DNA from: Azolla caroliniana
Taxonomy: Eukaryota; Plantae; Polypodiophyta
NCBI GenBank assembly: GCA_043228905.1
Contig: JBHGNT010000006.1
Span: 20,522,001 to 20,586,000, forward strand
Direction: 5' to 3'
Length of the DNA: 64,000 nucleotides
Below, in pieces: positions 1 to 12,434 of this stretch. A model generated the notes under the pieces. It did no database searches. It saw only the letters and a program-made list of their open reading frames with translations, and had not been told where the DNA came from. A program made the position numbers and the translations under genes. Each line of letters begins with the position of its first letter. The first letter of the stretch is position 1.

Positions 1-780
1 TAGATCCTTGTGGGTTTGTCCCGATTCTTAAGGTAACCGGCTTCCCAACCATCCTACCCCTATCCCATTGAAATTACTTATAGAATTGGTCCTTAAGACG
101 ATGTGTATAACATATGCCAGGTTATTGAAACATTGACTTCTTCCAATGATAAAGTTGGATTTAAGAAAATGCTCTTTCTCCTGTGTGGTATCACACAAGT
201 TTGATCTTGTCCATTTAATTTTGAACTCTCATATTTGTTTAGATATCAATTGTTTAGTTTGAGCATTGAAGATTTTTTCTAGCAAATGAAGTTCAGAGGA
301 TAAATCTTTTTGATTTACCAAATAGCAATGGGCCCATTGGTATTACCAGATCTTTTAATAGTTACTATGTTGTTGAAACCCACTAGTTCTTTCGAGGGTA
401 ACTAACATATAAAATCGGATGAACGTCAACATCAATAAGAAGATTGAGGCAATATGTAGATGAACCAATACACTTCAAGACTATGAAGTGTCCACAATAG
501 CGTGGATTAAGGGCCATCGATACTTAGGGTCGAGTTCTTATGTATATTAATTCATAGACTAAAAAATGGAGAACTAATAATGTGTGGAGCAAGGGAAGGG
601 GGTCCACCATGTCTGCAATGAAGATGGAGATGAAGACAAAGACGAAGAGGGCATGATTCCATCTTGTCATCATTGTCACGAATGAGGGATTATGTGAAAT
701 GGAGGAGGCCAATATTGACTCAAGAATAGAGAAAGGAAAACAATGGCTAAGAAAGAAGAGAATGAGAGGAAAGGACTTGA

Positions 781-1048
781 ATTATGAATTTTGTAATTGG
801 TCTTTAGGGTTTAGAGAGGCATGCATACAAAGAAATTTCTAGAAGATTCTAGTGAATCAAGAGGGCGTGTAGGAGACCTACAATGATAATAGGGGACGTG
901 GCTTATTGATTGTAAGATTTTCCAAAACTTGATAATCTCCTCCCAAGAAACTATCATCTTCCTTGATCCCTTTTCATTATATTCACAACAATTTTATTCC
1001 AGTCATGTATCTTGAAATTTGGCCATTAAGAATGATTGAAATAGGGTA
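781..1048. repeat. Dispersed repeat, copy 1 (diverged copy at ~2715-3089); probable old TE remnant
   Basis: Colinear blocks shared with 2715-3089: TTATGAATTTTGTAATTGGT, GAGAGGCATGCATACAAA, TTCTAGAAGATTCT, TCATCTTCCTTGATC, TTGAAATAGGGTA. Confidence 0.7.
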
Positions 1049-1427
1049 ATTTTTTGTTAAATTTATTTGCATCTTGCCCTTAAGCTTTTGAAAGTTCAAT
1101 GCAAGAGTTCGAGGTTTTCCTCAAAAATCTATGTACCAAAATTTCTTGAATTTGGGAGAAGAGATGGAATCATAAACTTGAGTTCATCCAATTCTCCATC
1201 TAGTAATGACCAAAGCAAAATTTTTGGGTCGAAAATATGCACGATAAATTACCTTAATTTTGATGGAAGGAAGATTTCGAATCTACACATCGAAGTGCTC
1301 AATACATCAACTCCTTGAGATCTTCGTGATGTTTTTGACAAAATTTTCAGGTCGCAAATCTAAGCTTTGATCGAGAAATTATAAAGACAATAACAACCTT
1401 AAGGAGTTTTGTCGAAACTTGGTGTTC

Positions 1428-2450
1428 CGTCGTGATGTGGTGTGGCCAAAGGTAAAAAATGGAAAAAAGAAGGGCGGAAGCGTGTTGAGAAAAAGGGAAA
1501 AAAGGTGAAAAAGGAAGAGAAAGAAAAGGGGCGCGCTAGTACATGTGAATCATGCTTACACAAAAAATGAGGGTGGAGATTCCAAAATCCCTATTGAAAA
1601 TCAAGGACAAAATTGTATTCTCCTATCATTTTGAAGTAACAACATCTAAGGCTCTCCCCCCTTCCCTATAAAAGGAGGTGAAGAAGGCATATTTTGGTTG
1701 TCTAGTTCGTTGCTGGGCATTTTGTTGTTGTTGTTCTGCGTTTCGAATGCTCTTCTACGTTCTACATGTTTGGAGGCTTCAAGGAGTCATAGTTTAGCAA
1801 GCACTTATGCTAGTCGCTCGAAGGGAGTATGGAGTGGCTTGTGAACTCTAACTCGGCTCGTGAAGTCGTAGTGGTAGCTGTGGCCTCGGCGACCCACTCG
1901 GCTCACCTTCATTGGGAGCTTCAACCCTCCTCTCCTACCTTTCTTTCCATCTTCGTTGCATAATTAGTGGTTGGCATTGCCACCACGGTTGTATTCGTCC
2001 ACTCAAACCAATGTAACCCCAAAGTTATAAGGGGTTTTCTTGTTTAATTGAATGTTTTTGACCTAAAACTTAAGCTTCACTTTCTTAATCTTGTTGGTCA
2101 ATCCTTAATTTCGTGTCTATTACATTAATCACTTGTTTCTACTCTAACCTCTTGCACTAATCACCACCTACTTGTGAGAGAGTGAATGAGAAAAGAGGAC
2201 ACACATACACACACTCTCTCTCCGATTCTACTTACCATTTGACTCTACTCTCTCCTCAACTTTGGGCTCCTCTTGGCTCTAGGCTCTCATTGACTTTGGA
2301 ACTCTGGTGAATCTATGTCACTTAGGAGCTTTGACTCCTAAGAGCCTACAAGTCCCTTATCATTTGTGCTATCTTAGCCCTTGTGTCCTCCCTAGTCCAA
2401 GACCCTCATGACCTCGCGCGAGTAGCTCACGCATGTGCGTTTTCAAGACA
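1428..2450 (+). mobile_element. Degenerate Gypsy-type LTR related to the 34413-35744 LTR
   Basis: The start (c)GTCGTGATGTGG, TATA motif CCTATAAAAGGAGG and end CTCCCTAGTCC...GACA resemble 34413-35744. It is followed by a degenerate PBS-like TGGTACACATGACG. No TSD found. Confidence 0.6.
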
Positions 2451-2714
2451 CTGGGATGGTACACATGACGAATAGACTCTTCAAGGGTGGGCCATGATGA
2501 CCCAAACCCTTCATGGAATTTAAACTCCACAGAAGGGGGAAATGACCCCCTCCCTCTACTGCACACTGATGAGGAGTACAACAAAAGAAGAAAAGGACGA
2601 GTATAGGTGGAGTAATTGTTGTCGCTAGAGGTAGTTCATCGATCGATGCTCGTCATAATACTTGAAACCATGTGACGTGTCGACGTCACTTCCACATCAC
2701 ATTGCTGTTTTGAG

Positions 2715-3089
2715 TTATGAATTTTGTAATTGGTGTTATTCCCCATAAAGGGATGCACACATATTTATACAAGGTTTGAGAGGCATGCATACAAACAAAG
2801 TTCTAGAGATGTGCATGCTCTAGTGGATTCAAACGAAAGTTCTAGAAGATTCTGGCAGATCAAGAGGGAATGTAGGAGGTTGACAATGACAAGAGGGGAC
2901 GTGGTCGTCGATTGTAAGCTTTCTATACCAAAACTCAAGGATCTCCAAACAACACATTGTCATCTTCCTTGATCTATATTCATTTCATTCATCGTTCTTT
3001 TATCCTAGTCACCCCATGTGATGGGGTTGAAGATTTTATCCTTAATTGCATCTTGAAATTGGCTATTTAGGAATTATTGAAATAGGGTA
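2715..3089. repeat. Dispersed repeat, copy 2 (of 781-1048)
   Basis: Colinear similarity to 781-1048; the solo LTR at 3091 follows immediately. Confidence 0.7.
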
Positions 3090-3090
3090 G

Positions 3091-3564
3091 TGTTGAGATA
3101 TCAAGCTCAACTAGGTTTAACTATTTCGTCAACCATGTAACTTAGTAATTACATAACTTGAATCTAGTTAGAAGTGTTGACCTTAAACCCTTAAATAGGA
3201 TCTTGTACTTGTACGTTAGTGGGGATACATTCTAGATCCTCCACTACCAAGTATATTTAGTATAGGACTTACATCCTTGTACCTATATTCTACTCACACA
3301 TGTGCACCCTTGCACATGAGTTGTATATATATCTCATTGTGGGTATTTTTGTAAGTTGATGATGCTTATTAATATAGAGGAAAGGTCTTTGGCTACACTC
3401 TTGTTAATCATCCCCCATTTATATTATTGTTCATAAGTGTATCTTCCTCTCTCTCTTCCTCACACACACACACACACACACAAATCATATAATATTCTGT
3501 TGCTTTATCAATACTCACATAATTAGATCCTAATTAACCCTATTTAATTACCTAATTATTAATT
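3091..3564 (+). mobile_element. Solo LTR of the Copia family at 4617-8910, in the opposite orientation
   Basis: Begins TGTTGAGATATCAAGCTCAACTA, the reverse complement of the LTR ends at 5042 and 8910. 5-bp TSD GGTAG at 3086-3090 and 3565-3569. The terminal CA is mutated. Confidence 0.85.
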
Positions 3565-3571
3565 GGTAGAT

Positions 3572-3626
<55 letters not shown>

Positions 3627-4116
3627 TAAGGGTCGATATTAATCAATAAACCAAAATAAAGTAAAATAAGGTAAATATATTGGATAGAAGAACCCGTTCC
3701 ACCCGACCACCCTCGAGCTATGATCAAGACATAGCCAACCTACCATTGGCGTCCTATATCACCGGATATTAGGATGACTAATACCTTGGAAGAGATTAAC
3801 GCGATCATTGTGATGAAAGCCTAACCTATACCACTAGTGTCTGAGACTGTTCTTCGGACGTAATGTCCTTATGAGGGTAGCTAAGCCTCATATTTATACC
3901 TCTTCCTAAGCCCCTTGAATAGATGTGTCTTTCTAAAAGACTTTCCATTCATTGGTTGTTTAGATCATGATAGTGAATGCACCTATCATTCCTTCTATCC
4001 AATCACATTAGTCCCTTTTTAACATTAATGAACATACCCTTCATTTATGTAAATATTAGTGACCTACCCTCACCTACGTTATGTGTACATAACACACACA
4101 CACACACACACACACA

Positions 4117-4147
<31 letters not shown>

Positions 4148-4616
4148 TAAAACAATTGAAGTCAAATTAAGAACATCTAAAGGAAATTGGGACTAACTAT
4201 AATCGAGATTCGATAGTGACGAGGGTCTAAAAGTCATCGACTTATGCCAAACTCATCTTCCCTGGTTCAAGTCACTAGTGGTCTCAATCACATTTCACAT
4301 GCATACACATACCTTTGCGACAATGTCAATAACCCATCACTCAACTTTAATATCTTTTTTATTGGGCAACCTAACCAAAAACACTTGCCCTTCTAAATTG
4401 GTCCAACAAGTTAATATTGTATATTTAATTTTCATATGGCTTCTAGTTGTTTCACACTTGTCAAATGGCCATCATACACTAAAGTGATTAGACTCCCTTA
4501 CACACCACACAAAATGAGACAAAATAATCTTTCTCAATGGGCACTCAATAAGCGTCTCAATAGGAATACCGATTCCTTAAGTGGAATACAAAAGCCTCCA
4601 TACGTTGTAAGCTTAT

Positions 4617-7600
4617 TGTTAAGAAATAGGTAATTAACTACGAGTTAATTAGTACCTAATTATATGATTAAGCTAAGCGTAAGATTAAGTGATATGTGTG
4701 TGAGAGGAAGAGAGAGAGGAAGTTAACAGTATGAACAATGAGACAAGATGGAGGATGATTAACTATATTAAAAAGCATCATCAAATACAAAAATACCTAC
4801 AATGAGGTATATATAGATTTCATGTGCAAGGGTGCATATATGTGAGGAGAATATAGGTACAAGGGTGTAAGTCCTATATTAAATGTAATTGGGAGTCACG
4901 AAGGATCTAGAATATCCCACTTAAGTACAAGGTCTTATTTAAGGCGTTATAGTCAACACTTCTAACTGCATTCTATCTAAGTAACTACTAAATTACGTGG
5001 TTGACTAACGAACTAACTATAGTTGAGCTTGATATCTCAACACGCCCCCTCAAGCTCAAGTGTGAGGCATCCAACGTCCGCTTTGGCTTTCGTCGGCTTC
5101 CGTTTGGCCTTTGGCTTTCTTCGGCCTTTCCACCAGTCTCAGTTCCTCTCCCTCAAGCCGGTGATGAAGGCTTGTAGTGTGAATTGGGCGAAGGCCGACT
5201 GGTTCCACCCATCATGGGTCATGAGCTCTTGGGCTCTCGGGCTCTTGTTGGGCCGCTACCTTCATCGTGAAGGCTTAATGATGGGCCATGTACTCGTTGT
5301 AGCCGAGCTGAGTGACAAGATTATTCTCTCTAGAAGAGCGTTGAAGTTTTTCGCTTGCTGATGTGAGCTCCTTCTTTACTTCGGGTGTATGCATGATGGG
5401 TACACCAAAATCACTGTCTAGTGAGGGAGCCGACACATCTGAATCATTGTCGTCGGGATGATCGACTTCGTACTCGGGCATCTTACCTTTTTGCCTTTGT
5501 CCAAGTTCGAACTTGGCCGCGACGTGCTTGGAAGGCTTGAAGGCTCCTGTGGTCCACTTAGCTCGGTAGAGCTTGGACGGTCCTTTGGTGAACAAAGGCT
5601 TGGCCGAATATCATCCTCTGAGTTGACGTTCAACTCTTCCTCGATTGGGTCGGGTGAGGCTGAATCAAGTCTATACCATGATGCTGATTTGTCGAAGACT
5701 ACGTCTTGACTCACCCAAACCGCTCGGGTTGAAGGTTTATAACACTTGTATGCCTTCTTCTCGGATGAGTATCCTATGAGGATACATTTCTCCAACTTCA
5801 TGTCAGGCTTTTGTCGGTTTTCGTTGGGGATGCATACATTTGCAATGCTTCTGAACACCTTGAGGTGCGACATGATCGACTTCCTTCCGACAAGGACCTC
5901 GTATGGAGTTAGCTCATGCACTCCATTAGTGGTGCACTAGTTCATGAGATAGACGGTTGTGGATGCCGCTTTGGCCCAATAGAAGTTCGGCATGTGCTTC
6001 TCATGCATCATGACGTGTGCTACCTTGAGTATTTGCCGATTCTTCCTTTCGGCAACTCCATATTGTTGGGTTGTGTGTCGGCACGAGAATTCTCTCCGGA
6101 TGCCTTGGCCTTGGAGGTAGGAGATGAATTCGTCAGAGAAGTACTCCTTGTCTCCATTTGATCGTAGGCATCGTGTTAACTCTTAGGGCCGGACAATGGC
6201 CTAACACAGGGTGTCTACGGAAGTCACTTCACCAAAGGGTGTTACGGCAACCGGATTAGACTCAACGCTTAATCCGACTTCATTAAGTTACTTAGCATGA
6301 TCGTCTTTCATAATCACACGCGTAAGATATAACAATTAAGACAGAACGACAATTAACACAGAGAGATAACAACGCTAGGCTTTTATTAATTAACCGCTAT
6401 CCATTACATTGTATTCGGGCCTTTAAATAGGTTTCCGGTCTGTATTACAAAATGGTGCCATCCGCACCTGTTCGGGATCGGTCCAGATCCGAAACGGCAT
6501 ACCGATTCCGGTCCGTCCGTCCACACTCATAGCTTAATTACAACCACATTCCTACTACTTAAATAACTCTCCGTTTCCCACTCTGGACTCCTTTGCCGGC
6601 CGGTAACACATCGAATGTGTCGACCGATTTCTTTCTCCACTTGGCCCTTGAGCTTTTGGAAGTGGGAGAGCACTTCGCTCCTCTTCTTCATCGTAAAGAT
6701 CCATGTGTAGTGGGAATAATCGTCGATGAAGGTGACGTAGTATCGGTACCCACCGATCATCGACGTTTGAGCCGGTCCTCATACATCCGAATGTATGACG
6801 TTGAGGAGGTCTTTGCTTTTGTAGCTCTCCTTCGGGAATGGGAGTCGATGTTGTTTGCCAAGTTGACACGCTTCGCACACTCGGTCAACTCATTTTGACT
6901 CAAAGGTCCCAATGACGACTCCCTTTGTTTGCATAGCTCGGAGCCGTTGGAGGTTGATGTGGCCGATTCTCTTGTGCCACAACTCGATGCTTGTCTCGGT
7001 TTTGAGACCTTTGGCATACATGGCCGATTTCATCGCGTTCGAATTGAGGATGAACATTCGACCGTCTCTCCGTCCTTTAGCTATGAGTCGGCCATCTTTC
7101 TCGATGAAACAACCTTCATTGTTGAAGCGGACTTGCATGCCTTGCTCCACAATTTGCCCGACCGAGACCAAATTCTTCGTTATTGTGGGCACGGGCAAGA
7201 TATTCTTGATGCAAGTTTCTTCACCTTCTTTCCCGAATGGGACATTGCCAATGTGCCGAATCAGATGTGTGGTGTCGTCTCCCGTCTCTATGAAGTCAGG
7301 TCGGTCTGGCGTTCTTAAGTCACGAAACCACCCTTGGTGTGACATCATATGATGCGAAGTGCCGGAGTCGACGAACTACAATTGGAGGTGCTCGTGGAGT
7401 CGAAGACCGACATAGAGTTCACTTTATGTCTCATTACGAATAGACCATCGTATTCGGAGTTGTTGGCGTAGTTTGTGAGTTGTCGGCTTGTGGAAGCTGA
7501 CTCGTTTCTTCTTTTTCAGCACTCCTCGCGGTGGTTGATTTTGCTGCAATAGTTGCAAGTTGCGGGCCTCATTTGCCGACCTTGTTCGGCATGGAAGCTC

Positions 7601-8910
7601 CCTCTTCTTCCGAAGGTTCCTTGATGGCTTTCGTCTTGTTGTCAAAGGTTTGAGTTCCCTTCGTGAGATGGGTTGAATCGACCTCTTCTACCGCATCGAC
7701 CTCGTCCTTGACCACCATCCGAATTCGAGAAGAACATTTGTCCTTCTAACGTCTTGGTTCTCTTCAACCAATAACATTGATTGAAGGTCGAAGAACAAAG
7801 GGTTTTCCCTCGCCAAGATTTTCGTCCTTAACGAGTCGAATCGTTGTGCGAGGCCGTCCAAGCATACTTGAACCATCTCGTCTTCTTCGACGTTTATGTT
7901 GATGGAGCCAAGCAAGTCACAAATGCTCTTGATCTTGGCGGTGTAGTTGAACACGAAGATATCTTTTTGCCGAATATTGTTCAACGCTTGTCGGAGTTGA
8001 AGCTTTTAGGCGGTCGTGTTGGCAGTGAACGTCTTCTTTAAGTTCTCCCACGCCTCTTTCGACGTCTTGGTGTCTCGAATGTGGCTAAACATGTGGTCGT
8101 GGACACATGTTGCCAAGTAATACATTACTCGACATGCTCCTTGCTCCCACGTTGGGTAGTTGAATTTGTAATGTCAGGTTTGTTTTCAAGTGCGTCGTTG
8201 ATGTAGCTCTAATACCCTTAGCTGACAAGGTATTGGTTCATCTTGTACTCCCAAGATGAATAATTGCTCTGGTTCAACTTTTGACTAGGGAGTGAGCTAC
8301 CCATTTGTGTGTTCATGTTGATTAGTGTCTTCTCTTCTTTTACTTTTCTTCCTTTGACCACGTACATGTGCTATGTAGCGGCACTACGGTAGCGTATAAC
8401 CGGATTTTGTCGTTGGCATCTCGAACACATAATCACGGAGTCGAGTGGGCTTAGTGGTAATTTTAAACCACACACTCTGATACAATGTTAAGAGATAGGT
8501 AATTAACTACGAGTTAATTAGTACCTATATGTGATTAAGCTAAGTGTAAGATTAAGTGATATGTGTGTGTATGTGTGTGAGAGGAAGTTAACACTATGAA
8601 CAATGAGACAAGATGGAGGATGATTAACTATATTAAAAAGCATCATCAAATACAAAAATACCTACAATGAGGTATATATAGATTTCATGTGAAAGGGTGC
8701 ATATGTGTGAGGAGAATATAGATAGGTACAAGGGTGTAAGTCCTATATTAAATGTAATTGGGAGTCATAGAGGATCTAGAATATCCCACTTAAGTACAAG
8801 GTCTTATTTAAGGCGTTATAGTCAACACTTCTAACTACTTCTATCTAGGTAACTGCTAAGTTACGTGGTTGACTAACTAACTAACTATAGTTGAGCTTGA
8901 TATCTCAACA
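4617..8910 (-). mobile_element. Ty1/Copia LTR retrotransposon, internally deleted (gag, protease and integrase present; RT/RNaseH absent)
   Basis: LTRs at 4617-5042 and 8486-8910 (TG..CA). TSD CTTAT at 4612-4616 and 8911-8915. tRNA-iMet-like PBS TTGTATCAGAGTG next to the 5' LTR; PPT TGAGGGGGCG. Protein remnants: UBN2-type gag, DSGTSHHM protease, LWHKRIGHIN pre-integrase, YYVTFIDDYS integrase. Frameshifts and stops present. Confidence 0.95.
6174..6608. mobile_element. Solo LTR nested in the Copia integrase
   Basis: TGTTA...TAACA termini; 5-bp TSD CATCG at 6169-6173 and 6609-6613; the host integrase sequence resumes on both sides. Confidence 0.9.
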
Positions 8911-10699
8911 CTTATTTTATCATTAAGATTTTGGTTTGTGAAAGTGCCATAATGCATTTGAAGATTCTTGAAACCATAAAGATAGGAATACTAATATCAT
9001 CTTCTTCAACATTCAATCATGAATAGTTTATTTTCTCTGTAAATAAAGAAGGCGTAGCTCAGGGGAAAAATTTGACAGGTGTCATGCTTGTCAAAGGATG
9101 TTTTGCCCATAAAAAACATACACCCAACAAAAATGTTTTTCAAGTGACATATAAGAGTTAAAATTTTTCATTTTCAATGTGAAAGGTCCCTAAAAATTAT
9201 ACATGTCAAATGACATGCTAAAATTTAAATTTCCATGTATATATATATGCCACATATAAATATATACATACATGTATTATGACGTGTGTATAATAATATA
9301 TTATATAATTTAGTACAACACACTTAAAAATAATATTATGTAATGATGTTATATATTCTCAAATCTTTATTCTTTTTTATTTTATTTTTCCAAAAAAACA
9401 TTACTTCACATTAGTTAGCAAACGAAGTACATCAAAGTTCGTATCCCATCGACTCTTTTTACATGGTAACTTACTTGTACCGCAACTATACATATTTACA
9501 TCTCCTGTCCACTAATGGAAGCCATTGGTAGAAACAACCATCTTGGTGCTTGGTAGTTCCATATAGGCCTTATCGATGATTTTACTATTATAGGAGAACC
9601 ACCCCAATTCAACAAAAACTTTGACCAAGCCATTTCTGCTTCATCGGAGTTCCCTTCAAGAGAATTTGATTTACACAATCACCTCAAGAATGAATTATGA
9701 TAGTCGATACATTGTATATTGTTTGTGCTTTGGCTTACAAAACAGTAACACAATATTTACTTAATGTATTTCTTTATCTTTGTGAGGTAGTTATGGTGAT
9801 TTGTGTATCTTTGCATACTTTTTATAGTAATGAAATGTATAACAATGTTGCATCACATGCACACCACAATATAAAGTTTTTTAAATTTTATATGTCAAAC
9901 ACATGTTAATTTTTGCACTCTTATGTCATATGACATACATCTTTCAAAAATGTCTGTAAAAAAACTTTAATACTAACCCGTCCAATTTAGGCCTTGGGGG
10001 AGGTAATTAGGGGAGTGCCAACTCCCTCACTTTATAAGTTTACTCCATGTTGATGTGTGTAAATGATGGGGCCCTAGATGATTACAATATACCATGACAT
10101 TGAAGCTTAATAAGTAGCATTGATCATTTAGGACCATCCTCACATCCTTAATGTATTTCAACCCTTCTTTGCTACGAGAAAACATTTCCAACTTTCTTGT
10201 TGTCTAACGATCGTGGAAAGGAAGCATGCACAACCAAATTCATTCGTTCCACACTTTCAAGAGAATGATGTGTTTATTGATGCAAACCAAAACTTGCGAT
10301 GATTCACTCACAAAGTTCGAGTGAACACTATAGTAAACATTGACAAAAAAAGTACATATTTTTAAATGAGAGTTTGGACACAAGCACTGTGCAAATTGCA
10401 AAAAGTGTTGTCATACGTGGAGTATATGCCTAGGATGTTGTCATTTTGGTGTCGGGCACAACATCAATTCTTGTTACAATTTAATGTTAATGTACAACAT
10501 GTAAACAGATGCGCATGCATGCATGAGCGGAGGAGGCGGACAAGTTCCAGAGCTATATACATATACAGTCTGGGGGACAAGTGGCTCAAGCACGACATGT
10601 ACATATGGACACTCAACCGACGTTGAGGCCATCAATGTATTATATTGTCTTGTGTGTATGTATGTCTAGACTCTATACATAACAACTCCACCCATAGTA

Positions 10700-11440
10700 T
10701 GAACCATACATACATACATACACACCATAGTACACACAATACAATGCAATACATACATACATACAATATATATACATACACACCATACAATACAATACAA
10801 TACACACACACACACACGTATTGCAATACATACATACACACCATAGTACACACAATACAATGCAATACATACATACATAAATACAATATATATACATACA
10901 CACCATACAATACACACACACACACACGTATTGCAATACATACATACACACCATAGTACACACAATACAATGCAATACATACATACATACATACAATATA
11001 TATACATACACACCATACAATACAATACAATACACACACACACATATTGCAATACATACATACATACACACCATGGTAGTAGTACCATACAATACTATAC
11101 ATACATAAATACACACCATAGTAGTAGTACCATACAATACTATACACACATACATACTATACATACTTGTATACATACATACATACACACACAATACATT
11201 GCAATACATATGATACAGTACATACATATATGATATATACATACAAACATACGCACAATACATACATACACACGCACGCACTCACAAGCACGCACATTAG
11301 ACAATGCAATACATACACACAAGACGATACAATACATACATATACATACAATAAAAATACATACATATATACATGCATACATACACAATACAATACAATA
11401 CAATGCAATGCAATACAGTACAATACATACATACATACAA
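10700..11440. repeat. Compound (CATA)n/(TACAA)n/(CA)n microsatellite with ~110-116-bp higher-order repeats
   Basis: CACCATAGTACACACAAT recurs at ~10723, ~10839 and ~10949 with the same succession of microsatellite blocks. Confidence 0.9.
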
Positions 11441-11694
11441 AAATTCAGAATGCAGGGCAATATACTGTGTGTTGTGTATGTACATGGTGATGGAGGAGGG
11501 GAGCAGGGGTCCACCATGTCCAGAATGAACATGGAAATGAAGAAGAGATGGAGCAGCCATGACTCCATCCTGTCACCATATGTTTCTCACTTCCCCCCCC
11601 TCAGAATGGCCTCTTCTTCTTCTTCTTCTTCTTCATTCTTCCCCTGCTTCCTTCACTACATGAGCCTCCACTGATTTGTTGTATTGCTCCTACC

Positions 11695-12402
11695 ATGGAT
11701 TCTGTCGTTAACAGTTCCGATGAATCCCGACAAGCTTTCCTTGTCAGGTCAAGAAACGAAGAGCATGCGTATGATAAAGAAGAGCAGATCGATGTTGATG
11801 CCATCCTCCTCCATAGCTCGGAGGATAAGCTCTCCGCGTTGGAAGCTTTGGGAGGCGATGGCAAGGTCCCCCCTTTCTCATGGAAGAAGCTATGGCTCTT
11901 CACAGGCCCCGGATTCCTCATGAGTATCGCATACCTGGATCCTGGGAACATCGAAAGCGACTTGCAGTCAGGTGTGGTGGCCGGTTACTCTCTATTATGG
12001 CTCCTCCTGTGGGCCACTGCAATGGGTCTCGTTCTTCAGATGCTTTCGGCTCGAGTCGGAGTTGCTACAGGATGTGACCTGGCTCAGCTCTGTAGAGACG
12101 AATACCCTGTCTGGGCTCGAATTGTTCTATGGATCATGACCGAGTTTGCCATCATCGGAGCTGATATCCAAGAAGTCATCGGCAGTGCCATTGCTCTGCG
12201 CATCTTGTCCGGGGGTTACATTCCTTTGTGGGCTGGTGTGCTCATAACTGGAGTAGATGGGTAAGTACTATCTTCTGCGCACTGCCTTCACCTTCACTTG
12301 GGAGTGTGAATTACCTGTCAATTTCTTTGAAGCTAATTCCCACGAAAACTGATGCAGCTCTCTAAAGGTGTATGCACACGCACGAGAACCTGTATGTGTG
12401 TG

Positions 12403-12434
<32 letters not shown>

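Noticed and set aside
1424-1427. Fifth ACGT target site for the related LTR at 1428
   Set aside because: The left flank reads GTTC and the terminus is degenerate, so it does not support the pattern; it is a possible counter-example.
10632-11568. Many overlapping 87-202-aa Cys/Tyr/Val/Met- or His/Thr-rich ORFs
   Set aside because: Stop-poor translations of the microsatellite array; the same applies to 12268-12702.
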